A DNA stretch of 64,000 nucleotides from Macrostomum lignano (Eukaryota): positions 1 through 64,000 of the forward strand of contig NIVC01001916.1 of the NCBI GenBank assembly GCA_002269645.1, given 5' to 3'. Positions 28,489-41,200 of the stretch are shown here, piece after piece (the stretch's first letter is position 1; every line of letters begins with the position of its first letter). Under the pieces are notes generated by a model, which ran no database searches, had not been told where the DNA came from, and saw only the letters and a program-made list of their open reading frames with translations. The position numbers and the translations under genes are program-made.

Positions 28489-29029
28489 TTAATAGCAATA
28501 TTTGTAATCTAATGATTCTGGAATGTTGAATACAGATTAGGCTAACTTCTATCTCTAAGATAAACATTGATTCTTAAGATGGAAACTTTAATAACTAATA
28601 TTGATCGTTTAATCAATCATCAATATTACTATTTTTAAGAGATACTGCTAAAATTAGCCATTATCAATCAAGATACACTACTTATTAGTGGTGTTATATA
28701 AAGTAGCTATATATGAGTATAAATATGAAAAGTCTGCTTATAATAAAACGACTCTGAAAGCCCCATACAGTACAAATAAGTAGGCTATTTGGCATTTGCC
28801 TTTTTTGGCATAACTGATAAATTTAATAAGTCCAAATAATATTGATTGTCCCAGAAGTCTCAAATCTTAAAAATTAAATATTAGAATTCTAGCCTTTAAC
28901 TCCATTTTTGTGGTTCATTCTCATATAGTTTTCATTGATAATAAAAACTAGATCAAAGTCTTGGCAAATAAATGCTTGATCTAGCTTGATCTAACTTGAG
29001 GGGCAGATATAGAATCTAGCACTTGACGA

Positions 29030-29310
29030 ACAATCAGAGGGAAGATAAGGAAAAGAGATGAGAAAGAAAATAAAAGGTAAAACAAGAAAGGAAAGGATAA
29101 CAAGAGGGGAAAAAGGGAGAGGAGATGATAAGGAGAGGAGATATGAGAGATAAGAGAAAAGAAATAAGAAAAGGAAAAAGAAGTTAAAATGTAAAAGGAA
29201 AAGGAGAAAAGAGAGAAAATAAGAAAAGAAAGTGAAGACAAAGAAGATGGAGAAAATAAAATCAATAATGAAGAGAGGTAAAAAAATAAAAAATAACTAA
29301 GAAAACACAA
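29030..29310. repeat. A/G-rich low-complexity tract
   Basis: Direct. Confidence 0.8.
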
Positions 29311-30469
29311 ATGTTGAGCAAGCTAAATTATTATTAGGCCCTATGATATGAAGTTTCAAAGGACCCAAAGGCCTAATAGAAAGGCTATATAAGCTGCATA
29401 TAGGCCTAGCCTTGTATTAGTTTTACAATCTAGTTTTTTATTAGGGCCAATTGCCATCTAAGTTTTAAAGCCAAATAAGATAGAGTAAAGCTTAGAATTT
29501 TTTATTTCTAGATCTTTATGTTATATTATATTAGGCCTATGCTTTATACTTTTAGATCTTTACATTAATAATCCTAATAAAATAGAAGCACTTTTATTTT
29601 TAATGAATCTTGTTTTTTATATAATGGAAAATCATTCATAGGCCTATAAAGTCTAAAGACTAGGCAATAGGCATTGCCGCATTAGGCCCTATTTAAAAAA
29701 ATTAGTTGAAGTCTATTATGTTCAAGGCCAAAGGGTAAGGGTAATATTAGATATTTTTAATAAATGTATTATAAACTAAGTTGCAAAAATGTATTAGCAA
29801 ACAAAGCTAGCCTTTTTTTCTTTATTAAGGTAAATATATTTGATGATTTCAATTAATTGAACTTAACATATAAAAGTTTTTTTTAATTCTGTTTATAGTA
29901 TAAGTTATACTATATTCTATAATTATATACCAAGTATTGATACTAAATACTTTTATCTTGACTTTATCAAGTAGGCCTATTTTAGCTAAAGCAAGCTAAC
30001 TTTTGTTAAGAAAGTTAGTTAACATACATGCACAACAGTTGGCTAAGTCAGCCAATCTGGCGGACCGATTCGGTGGCCAACCAAGGAAGTCGCAAAAATG
30101 CCCACCTGAAAAATACCAAAGTAGTAGTACTAAGTAGCTGACGAGGCATTTTGACTTAATAAGACAGTCATAGTTACTCCTGCCGTTTACCCAAAGTTGC
30201 GTTAATTTTGCGTTAGGTTTTTTTACATGTAAGTCACATTTTTGGCCAAAAACTACGTCGCATTTTTGTTAAAACTAAGTCGCATGGCCGACCCAATTTT
30301 GGAGGTTGCGCATGTACGTTAGTTAAGTTAGTGAAGTTAGAATTTTAGCTAACTTTTTTTTAACCTTGGGCTTGGGCTTGTTGAAAGCCTTTTATAAATT
30401 TGATTAAAACAATACACAATTTAGAAACAAAGGGCATATACAAGGCAGGCTTAGTAGTAGGGTTGTTTT

Positions 30470-30850
30470 CATAAACCCTAAATTTCACAATGTTGCAAGA
30501 CACAAACTTTCATAAGATTAGGCCTAAGCTCTAAATTTCATAAACCCTAATTTTCACAATGTTGAAAGCAAAACTTGTATCAGATTGCATAAACTATAAA
30601 TTTCACAAGCCTTAAATTTCACAATGCCTAAAAACACTATGGAGATACAGAAGAATTGTAGAAGAAAGATTGTATCTCCGGTGCCGTATCTGTATCTCCA
30701 TAGTGTTTTTAGCCATTGTGAAATTTAGGTGTTGTGAAATCTGCTGCATTGCTTATTTTCACCATTGTAAAAATTAGGCCTAGGGTTTATGAAATATAGG
30801 TCTTATGAAAGGTTCTGGTTTTGACATGAAAATTAGGGTTTGTGAAACGA
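30470..30850. mobile_element. Foldback/MITE-like element with long inverted arms carrying 16-bp GTGAAATTTAGG-type repeats
   Basis: 38-bp inverted repeat with 1 mismatch (30613-30650 vs 30690-30727); the outer arms carry CATAAACCCTAAATTTCAC on the left and its reverse complement on the right. Termini and TSD not resolved. Confidence 0.65.
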
Positions 30851-33800
30851 CCCTCTAGCAGTAGGTAGGGCCTAGCCCAGTATAAAAGTGGCAAAGGCTA
30901 CAAATTTTATCAGTGATACTAGGCCTACCTAGTTTTGATCAAAATTATAATTTATAAATGCAAACAAATTAGGCCTACTTCAGTATTTATTTTCCATTGG
31001 CCTACTATGGCATAAATTAGGATTGATAAAATTGCTTTGTATTTTTATAGCCCAAGTATATGAATTATGATTTATGAACCATTAGGCTAAGTCCAAGTGT
31101 TAATGACAATGAAAATGCAATGACGATGTACAGTTAAACTAAAGCTGTTTAATTTTAAGCAAGTGAAAAACTTTAAATAAACTATGGCTATGCCTAGATG
31201 AAACAGTCCAACAAATTTATTTAGAAATACGTAGGTGTATAAGTACAATAGACAATTGTTGGATATTTAGAATAGGTTAGCAGATAATCTACATAACAGT
31301 AATATATAGTGGGTGGGGGTTCTTGGAACTGTTGCTTTTGAAAATTTGCAGACACCAGTTGAGGTGGGGCGGGTTCCTCGTTTGAATAGCAGCTGGCGTT
31401 GAGTTCGCACGAATAAAGCCGGAAAAATCGCGCAGGTGAATCTCAACGAATTTCTTCTCCTTTTACTCCGACAGCCGGGGTCCTCAAATTCCGGGGGAGG
31501 GTAGTTGCAATCGTAGCGGAGCGGTCGTAAGCGGCGCGGTCGTTCAAATGGTAGACGTCGAAGATTTCGTCACGTAGGCTGGTTGGTCGATTTGTTGCAC
31601 AGATTACTTTTAGTAGGGTAGAGCTGCCACCACCGTAATTCTCGTATTACGGAACGATTATGTCTCAGAGCTTTCTTCGAGTTGAGACCTTTGGTAATTT
31701 TACGCCCCACGGGCAAATAACTCAAGATGGGCTATGGGCTTAACGAAGTAGTTACGAAACAGTGTTATCGATTATTATTATTATTTATTATTTATTAACT
31801 GAATGATTATAGTTTAGCAGGCAGGTAAAAGTTATTTAGGTACGACGGAAATAATTTCTCGAGCAGAGCCGCGGTGCACTAAGAGATTAAAATGCGGCTT
31901 GTACGCCTTATAAGGTTACTTACTTGAGACTTAATATACTAAGGGGTAGGAGAGGGGAGGTCTAGAGAGGAAAAAGGAGGGGGGGTGGTTAACAGCAGCG
32001 CTTGAAATTACAGGCAAATAAATAGATAGCAAAAAGAATCAACAACAGGGGCGAAACTTGGACGGACAGCTGGGCAGCAGGTTGGGCAAAGGAGTGCATG
32101 GGCACAAGGTTGGGCAGAGGCGGACAACGCAGAAATAAACCAGAAAAATAACAAGACAAGAGTGGGGAAACATCGCTTCAAAGGTGGGACAAATGGGAGG
32201 AACAAAAATTGGAACGAGAGGACAACCTATGAACAAAATGACGAAATAACAACCATTGACAAAATTACGCAAAAAATTCCGGGAGTTGGGGCACATAATT
32301 AATTTTCAAAACTTAGTAAATTAAAAAAAGAATATTGAACGAACTCATATACTAAAGTGGCAACCCGACTGCCACAATAGTTACACAGATACATAATACC
32401 CAGACCCGCGACGACGCGCGCGCCGCGCGCGCCGCGCGGCCCGAGTATACATCGGGATCAGTATTGCGTTGTAACTTAGTGTATTTAAAGAAAACAGTAA
32501 GTACTGCAGCAAAAAATAATGTTACATTGCACTTTTTTTACTTTAGAAGGGGCTAGTATCTTCGCTGGGTTAGAGCTAGGGTTTGTTATATTCAAGTAAC
32601 TTTAATTCTAAACATTTTGAATTAAATTACACTGCATAATCTGATCTCGATTGGCGACGATTAGTTAAAATATATGGTTTGTTTAACGCTGAGTTGCAAG
32701 TAGCCTTGGATGAGGTACGTTTATAAGAGTTAGAAATCTGAAGTTAATTTACCCTAAGTTAGAAGATAGGTAGAAACGTATTTAAGAAGATAGGCGCAGT
32801 GAAGGGCGAATAGAAGAGCAAAGGAACCCCTAGATAGCTACGCCTACATGTATTAGAAGGGCAAACAAAAGCAGCAACAAAAGTCAATTCGATATGAATG
32901 ACCGAATCTAATAAAGCCTCTTTTCATTCCAGTGAGTAGCAACACCAACCCAACACCCCGCCGCAGGCACAATGGCGCCGGCTGGAGAAGCAAACCGAGG
33001 ATCGAGAGGTCCGATCTCAGGCAGCAATGACGTCAAAAAGAGCAATCGGTCCGTGGGCACGCGTCAGAACCTGGCGAACTTTGGGGGAGAATCGCACGGC
33101 CGGCCCGCCCACGGACTTCTATCCAACCCGAAGCTACCCAAGAAGGCGAGATCAACCCCAAGTTTGACAACCGAGAGAGAGAGAGGACTGTGTAATCATC
33201 TATGGCAGAGTTAAGAGAAGGAAAACTATAAGCTCTTTTTCTGTAATCTTTCTATCCCAAAATTTCCAACTCAACGCATAGATTTGCAAAACCCCGAATA
33301 ATCTCTAACCCACACACTTAGCAACAAGGGGACTGAGTCCCAGATTTTTATTGCTTAAGCCCCCCGCCGTTGCTAACCACGCGAAGACACCCCACCGGCG
33401 GCGGGGGAGGTAAAAAATGCAGGCCCTATCTGTATAAAATGGACGCCCATCTCAAACTGGTTTTTCTGCTTTTTCCGGTTTGCGCGATCTCAGATCCTAA
33501 CCGCTCTCTATTTGTATTGGTCCCTGGACTATCCAGTTGGCTCAAATCTAAGTCTTAAAATCAATTATTTGTCTTAAAAGTTACGCAGAGCGAAATATTC
33601 GGGTAATTCAAATTCAGCCTATACTAGGATATCCCGTCAGTTTACGGTTTTCTCTGGCGGCCTGACAGAATATATAAAGAGATGTAAGAACCTTAGAGCG
33701 CTAGACCATATTATAGAAAGTGAGAATATTTAGCCATAAAACCCCCAGAGAAAGCGCGTAGAACGTTACAATACACACACACACACACACGCACACACAC

Positions 33801-34747
33801 AAACAAAACGTCAGATTTAGTATTTTGACTGCCACACGAATTCTGCAATAAAATGCAATTGACGGTTGAATGAATTAGTCAATCAAGGTTATGCAAGGAC
33901 TACTTAAAGTAGACTACTTGACAACTACTTGGGTAGTCCTTGGGTTTATGTATGCAGCTTAAACCGTTCCTCTGTTGTAATGTGTAATGTAAAATTGTAA
34001 TTCATACATACGTCATAATATAATATGTACACTATTTACATGTGCAAATATAAATGGGTCGACGTGTAATGTAAATATATTATGTACAGTTGTCCTCATT
34101 ATAGATTCTAATAGATTCTTGTCTAATTCACTAATTCTACACTGCTAGAGTAATTGCACTTTATTCCACGTGGTCCGATTCAGGCCATTAAATTCCTATT
34201 CCGAATACTGAATACTGACGTCCGCAAAGTTTTTATTCATCTTGCAAATCATTAACTTTACCATGAGCATCGCTTCTATAGAGAGACAACCAGTTAGCAA
34301 GCGAGTCTGGGTTTGCATTGAGAATTTGTATCTGCACCGATCGCTTTTTAAAGCCTCTATTCCTCTTTTTGTCCTCCTTTTTTCAGCTGCCGATTGCATG
34401 CGAATGCTTTGAAAAAACCACACGTTTAGAAATTGCAACAATTGAAACAGTTTTTGTCTCTGCATTTGTTGATTTGCTAATAGGATGAAAAGCTTTTTGT
34501 GTGCATGGTCTTCTAATGGAGGTTTAAAGCTATGGATGCAGTTAAAAGTACATAGCTACAGCTTTATGTCAGCGTATGGCGGGCCAGTCCAAACCAGATC
34601 GCGTCAGTAAAGTAGCCATCACAAAAATACTTATTTACTTCTGAATCAGCCGTACGTGTAATTAGATAGATTGCAAAACAGTGCGTAAATAGCCATAAAA
34701 GAGTCCTATACGAATTTCTGTAGTAATTAAATTAATTAAATTAATGC

Positions 34748-35245
34748 TTAGACAGCCACACGAGCATGAGTAGACTCATTCAGATGCTCATCAACCGCAT
34801 TAATCTCGTCCAGATCGACCTGCGGATTCTGCCCGCAGTCATTGCCAGACTGCTCAGCAATCTCCTTTATCATGGCTTGCATTGACCGCTGACGGTGCTG
34901 CTGGCTTCTCTGCCGCCGGTCTCGAGTTCGCTTGAGTCTGCGCACGTTGCCAGCCGCCAGGCTGTAGCCCTTGTGCAGGGTGAGCAGCACGCCGCACAGA
35001 GAGGCGCCGACGCTCCAAACAGATTGAGTTCGAACGACATGCGACTCAGCCAGAATGCCGCTCTTCCATTCGAAGAAGAGAAAGAACTGCTTCTTCAGTC
35101 TCGTGTCCGCAGTTGGTCGCATCGGCCCTGCCTGAGTTCGCTTCATGCGCCGCCGTCTCCGCCGCCTCCGCCCGTCTGTTGCGTTGTCCGACTTGCTCGG
35201 CGCTTCTGGCGTGTTTTCTATGAAATACGAAGCCGCCAAGCTGCT
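34748..35245 (-). CDS. PACC1: PAC homologue exon 6 (last ECD strands, TM2, C-terminus)
   Basis: Acceptor TTCTTCAACAACGCGCAG|AGC, phase 0; FFEWK, W...LCG...K TM2, basic juxtamembrane tail, TAA. Confidence 0.9.
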   Translation of the reverse strand, partial: SSLAASYFIENTPEAPSKSDNATDGRRRRRRRRMKRTQAGPMRPTADTRLKKQFFLFFEWKSGILAESHVVRTQSVWSVGASLCGVLLTLHKGYSLAAGNVRRLKRTRDRRQRSQQHRQRSMQAMIKEIAEQSGNDCGQNPQVDLDEINAVDEHLNESTHARVAV

Positions 35246-37884
35246 CTGCGCGTTGTTGAAGAATGATTTGAACAAACTTTTATTATAAAAATTCAAGCAA
35301 TATGCTGAAGAAGAAGAAATTGTAGAAGAAATATTGTATCTCCAAATAGTGTCTTTAAGCGTTGTGAAATTAAGGTCTCGTGAAATTTAGGGCTTGTGAA
35401 ATTTAGGTCTTGTGAAATTTAGGTCTTGTGAAATTTAGGTCTTGTAAAATTTAGGGCTTGTGAAATTTAGGTCTTGTGAAATTTAGGGCTTGTGAAATTT
35501 AGGTCTTGTGAAATTTAGGTCTTGTGAAATTTAGGGCTTGTAAAATTTAGGGCTTGTGAAATTTAGGTCTTGTGAAATTTAGGGCTTGTGAAATTTAGGT
35601 CTTGTGAAATTTAGGTCTTGTGAAATTTAGGGCTTGTGAAATTTAGGGCTTGTGAAATTTAGGTCTTGTGAAATTTAGGGCTTTTGAAATTTAGGTCTTG
35701 TGAAATTTAGGGCTTTTGAAATTTAGGTCTTGTGAAATTTAGGGCTTTTGAAATTTAGGTCTTGTGAAATTTAGGGCTTGTGAAATTAAGGGCTTGTGAA
35801 ATTTAGGTCTTGTGAAATTTAGGGCTTTTGAAATTTAGGTCTTGTGAAATTTAGGTCTTGTGAAATTTAGGTCTTGTGAAATTTAGGTCTTGTGAAATTT
35901 AGGGCTTTTGAAATTTAGGTCTTGTAAAATTTAGGGCTTTTGAAATTTAGGTCTTGTGAAATTTAGGGCTTTTGAAATTTAGGTCTTGTGAAATTTAGGT
36001 CTTGTGAAATTTAGGGCTTGTGAAATTAAGGGCTTGTGAAATTTAGGGCTTGTGAAATTTAGGTCTTGTGAAATTTAGGTCTTGTGAAATTTAGGTCTCG
36101 TGAAATTTAGGTCTTGTGAAATTTAGGGCTTGTGAAATTTAGGGCTTGTGAAATTTAGGGCTTGTGAAATTTATAGTTTATGCAGTCTGATGCAAGTTTT
36201 GTTTCCGACGTTGTGAAATTTAGGGTTTGGGAAAGCTCTGCCCCCTGACACTCTGAAAATATATTAGGCAACCAATATTTGGATCCGAGAAAGCCCCGCT
36301 GACCTCCATATCTAGAATGGTCCTAGCTGGTCCTTCTCCATCTTCCAGGTGCAGCTGGGTCATGCTGATCTTGCCCCACAGGCGCAGGCCTGCCGACGCA
36401 GCGTGCAAGGACTCCTGGGCGTGAGCTCGGGCTATGCGGTCTAATCTGAGTTGGTCCGGTCTGAAAACATGATCAGTACGGTTTTTGGAGTGCTTTTTGA
36501 TTGAATTATTAATTGAAACATAATGATCATATTACGGAAGTCAACACATCAATAGCTCACTCAGGTGACAATCATATTACAGAAATCAGCACATCAATAG
36601 CTCACTCAGGTGACAATCATATTACAGAAATGAGCACATCAATAGCTCAATCAGGTGACAATCATGTTACAGATACCAGCACATCAATAGCTCACTCAGG
36701 TGACAATCATATTACAGAAATCAGCACATCAATAGCTCACTCAGGTGACAATCATATTACAGAAATCAGCACATCAATAGCTCACTCAGGTGACAATCAT
36801 ATTACAGAAATGAGCACATCAATAGCTCACTCAGGTGACAATCATATTACAGAAATCAGCACATCAATAGCTCACTCAGGTGACAATCATATTACAGAAA
36901 TGAGCACATCAATAGCTCACTCAGGTGACAATCATATTACAGAAATCAGCACATCAATAGCTCACTCAGGTGACAATCATATTACAGAAATGAGCACATC
37001 AATAGCTCACTCAGGTGACAATCATATTACAGAAATGAGCACATCAATAGCTCACTCAGGTGACAATCATATTACAGAAATGAGCACATCAATAGCTCAC
37101 TCAGGTGACAATCATATTACAGAAATCAGCACATCAATAGCTCACTCAGGTGACAATCATATTACAGAAATGAGCACATCAATAGCTCACTCAGGTGACA
37201 ATCATATTACAGAAATCAGCACATCAATAGCTCACTCAGGTGACAATCATATTACAGAAATGAGCACATCAATAGCTCACTCAGGTGACAATCATATTAC
37301 AGAAATCAGCACATCAATAGCTCACTCAGGTGACAATCATATTACAGAAATGAGCACATCAATAGCTCACTCAGGTGACAATCATATTACAGAAATGAGC
37401 ACATCAATAGCTCACTCAGGTGACAAATCAGCATCGAATTCCAAACTCACAGCGCACTGAACTCGGAGAAGTTGTGCATCAGCAGAAAGGACATGGTGTA
37501 AAAGTCCTGACTGTGACTGTGGGTGACAAAGTGCAGAAACACGGTCTCCTTCTCCTTGACCCTTCTCGGTCCCCGAAAAACTATTACGGGATGGGAGTCG
37601 TTTAACCGGAGTGAGTAAGGGTCATTGTACTCCACTGAGATGAAGGTGCAGTTTATTGTTTGCAGATTCCAGTCCGAGGCATTGTCTGCAATGAAGACGG
37701 TCAATCATGAATTACTTTAATAGGTAAATATCTATTTAATCCCAGCACACAAGACAGAAGTATCAAAGGTAAATACCAATAGCAACAACAACAACATAAA
37801 CAATAAAAAAACATTAGCAACAACAACAATAGCAACAACAACAAAATTAACAATAACAACAACATTAACAAAAATAACAATAGC

Positions 37885-37923
<39 letters not shown>

Positions 37924-38250
37924 AGTAACAACAACAACATTAACAATAACAAAAACATTAACAATAACAACAATAGCAACAACAACAACAACAACTATAA
38001 CAATAGCAACAACAACAAAATTAACAATAACAATAGATAGCATTAACAACAACAACAATAGCAACAACAACAACAAAAACAATAACAACAACAAGAAACA
38101 ACAAAAACAACAACAATATCAATAAAAACAACAAAAACAACAAAAACAAAACAAAAACAGTAGCAACAGCAGCAACAACAACAATAACAACAACAACAAG
38201 ATCAACAATAACAACAACAATAAAAATAACAGCAACAATAAAAATATATC

Positions 38251-38289
<39 letters not shown>

Positions 38290-41200
38290 AACATCAACAA
38301 TAAAAATATATCAACAACAACAACAACAACAACAACAACAGCATCAACAATAACTGCAACAATAAAAATATATCAACAACAACAAAAACAACAACAACAA
38401 TAACAGTAGCAACAGCAATAACAACAACAACAACAACAAAAACAACATCAACAATAACAGCAACAATAAAAATAATATCAACAACAACCGAACAGCAAGA
38501 TCAAATAAACAAATCACAAACATGGATTTCACTAGCAAACATGTGCAACTCTAAATCAGCATCGTTGAATCAGTCGCTATTTCGGTTAGAAACCCACTGT
38601 ACGAGCGTACAGTAAAAAAGTACAACTTTTGATCATGAAGAAATGATAAAAGTAAAACTCACTCCAGAATTCCATCTGCAGCTCATTGAAATGATTGCAG
38701 GACTCGAGGTGCGCCTTCTCCGGGAAAATCACGATGGCTGATTGGAAACATATTCAAGTGCGAAAAAATATTGATTGATTTTTCTTGCTTCATAAACTTT
38801 AGCCTATCGGGTAATTAGATTAAGCTGTCAGTTGATTAATTGAACAGAAATCAGTCTTTTCGAGTCAACCAACAACAATCGTACAAGCCATTGTCTGGGG
38901 TTGTCAAACAATGGAGCTTAGATCGCATGGGATATCAGTTCCAGGCAATTGTTTTTCCCATAGATCTACTCCATTCTCTCAGTGTTTCTCTGTATGATAA
39001 AAATGGGTGCATGGGCGCTCAGAGATTTTTTCTGCTTACATCATGGCACGGAGTATTTTATATCAGATGTTTGGTTTGATTGGTGTGTGCCTCTGATATT
39101 TTGCTTATTTTTGACAGGCTGACAACACAGTTGACAATCAAGGGCGCCGCTAACTACTGAAGGATCTGAGAGAGACAGCGGCGCCACTACTGAAGGATCT
39201 GAGAGAGACAGCGGCGCCACTACTGAAGGATCTGAGAGAGACAGCGGCGCCACTACTGAAGGATCTGAGAGAGATAGTGGCGCCACTACTGAAGGATCTG
39301 AGGGAGACAGTGGCGCCACTACTGAAGGATCTGAGGGAGACAGTGGCGCCACTACTGAAGGACCTGAAGGGTCTGAGAGGGATAGTGGCGCCACTACTGA
39401 AGAATCTGAAGGAGACAGTAGCACCACTACTGAAGGATCTGAAAGAGATAGTGGCGCCACTACTGAAGAATCTGAGGGGGACGGTAGCGCCACTACTGAA
39501 GAATCTGAGGGAGACGGTAGCGCCACTACTGAAGGATCTGAGGAGACGGTGGTGCCGCTACTGAAGGATCAGAAGGAGACGGTGGCGCCACTACTGAAGG
39601 ATCTGAGAAAGACAGCGGCGCCACTCCTGAAGGATCTGAGGGAGACAGCAGCGCCCCTGCTGAAGGACCTGAAAGGTCTGAGAGAGACAGCGGCGCCACT
39701 ACTGAAAGGGGATCTGAAGAGAGATAATGGCGCCACTCCTGAAGGATCTGGGGGAGACAGTGGCGCCACTACTGAAGAATCTGAGGAAGACAGTAGCGCC
39801 ACTACTGAAGGATCTGAGGGAGACAGTAGAGCCACTACTGAAGGATCTGAGGAAGACAGTAGAGCCACTACTGAAGGATCTGAGGGAGACAGTAGCGCCA
39901 CTACTGAAGGATCTGAGGGAGACAGCAGCGCCCCTGCTGAAGGACCTGAAAGGTCTGAGAGAGACAGCGGCGCCACTACTGAAAGGGGATCTGAAGAGAG
40001 ATAATGGCGCCACTCCTGAAGGATCTGGGGGAGACAGTGGCGCCACTACTGAAGAATCTGAGGAAGACAGTAGCGCCACTACTGAAGGATCTGAGGGAGA
40101 CAGTAGAGCCACTACTGAAGGATCTGAGGAAGACAGTAGAGCCACTACTGAAGGATCTGAGGGAGACAGTAGCGCCACTACTGAAGGATCTGAGGGAGAC
40201 AGTAGCGCCACTACTGAAGGATCTGAGGGAGACAGTAGCGCCACTACTGAAGGATCTGAGGGAGACAGTAGCGCCACTACTGAAGGATCTGAGAGAGACA
40301 GTAGCGCCACTACTGAAGGATCTGAGGGAGACAGTAGAGCCACTACTGAAGGATCTGAGAGAGATAGTGGCGCCACTACTGAAGGATCTGATGGAGATAG
40401 TGGCGCCACTACTGAAGGATCTGAGGGAGATAGTGGCGACACTACTGAAGGATCTGAGGGAGACAGTGGCGCCACTACTGAAGGATCTGAGGGAGATAGT
40501 GGCGCCACTACTGAAGGATCTGAGAGAGATAGTGGCGCCACTACTGAAGGATCTGAGAGAGATAGTGGCGCCACTACTGAAGGATATGAGGGAGATAGTG
40601 GCGCCACTACTGAAGGATCTGAGAGAGATAGTGGCGCCACTACTGAAGGATCTGAGAGAGATAGTGGCGCCACTACTGAAGGATATGAGGGAGATAGTGG
40701 CGCCACTACTGAAGGATCTGAGGGAGATAGTGGCGCCACTACTGAAGGATCTGAGGGAGATAGTGGCGCCACTACTGAAGGATCTGAGGGAGATAGTGGC
40801 GCCACTACTGAAGGATCTGGGGGAGACAGTAGCGCCACTACTGAAGGACCTGAAGTGACAATCAGCTGAGTAAGGATCTGGGGGAGACAGTGGCGCCACT
40901 ACTGAGGGACCTGAAGTGACAATCAGCTGAGTAAGCATCTGGTGGACAGTTTTTGAGGCAGAAAAAATTGACAACATGACTGACAAGCTGTTAGATAGGC
41001 TTCGAAGCAATCTTTTTCAAAGCCTGCCTTTCATCCAAGCCACTGGAGTGCACCAGTGCATCCCTAAGCCTGAAATCCCGGAAGTGCAGTCAGTGTGCCG
41101 CGCTGTCTGTTATTAATTATAAACTGCAGTAGCAACGGAGGCCCTGATGGGACGGGAGGGCTCAGACAGACTCCCTGTGTATCAATATTTATATAGAATT

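Noticed and set aside
31000-34700. Possible large degenerate transposon or gene in the gene-poor interval
   Set aside because: GC-rich patches exist (31380-31560, 32940-33500), but I found no ORF motif, TIR, LTR or TSD to support a call.
36513-37460. 315-aa HSGDNHITEMSTSIA repeat protein, or a CRISPR-like array
   Set aside because: 45-bp tandem repeat antisense within PAC intron 4; no unique spacers and no cas genes in a eukaryotic context.
39277-41010. Mucin-like GATTEGSEGDS ORFs up to 380 aa
   Set aside because: 33-bp minisatellite open in several frames on both strands, inside PAC intron 2; no signal peptide or unique domain.
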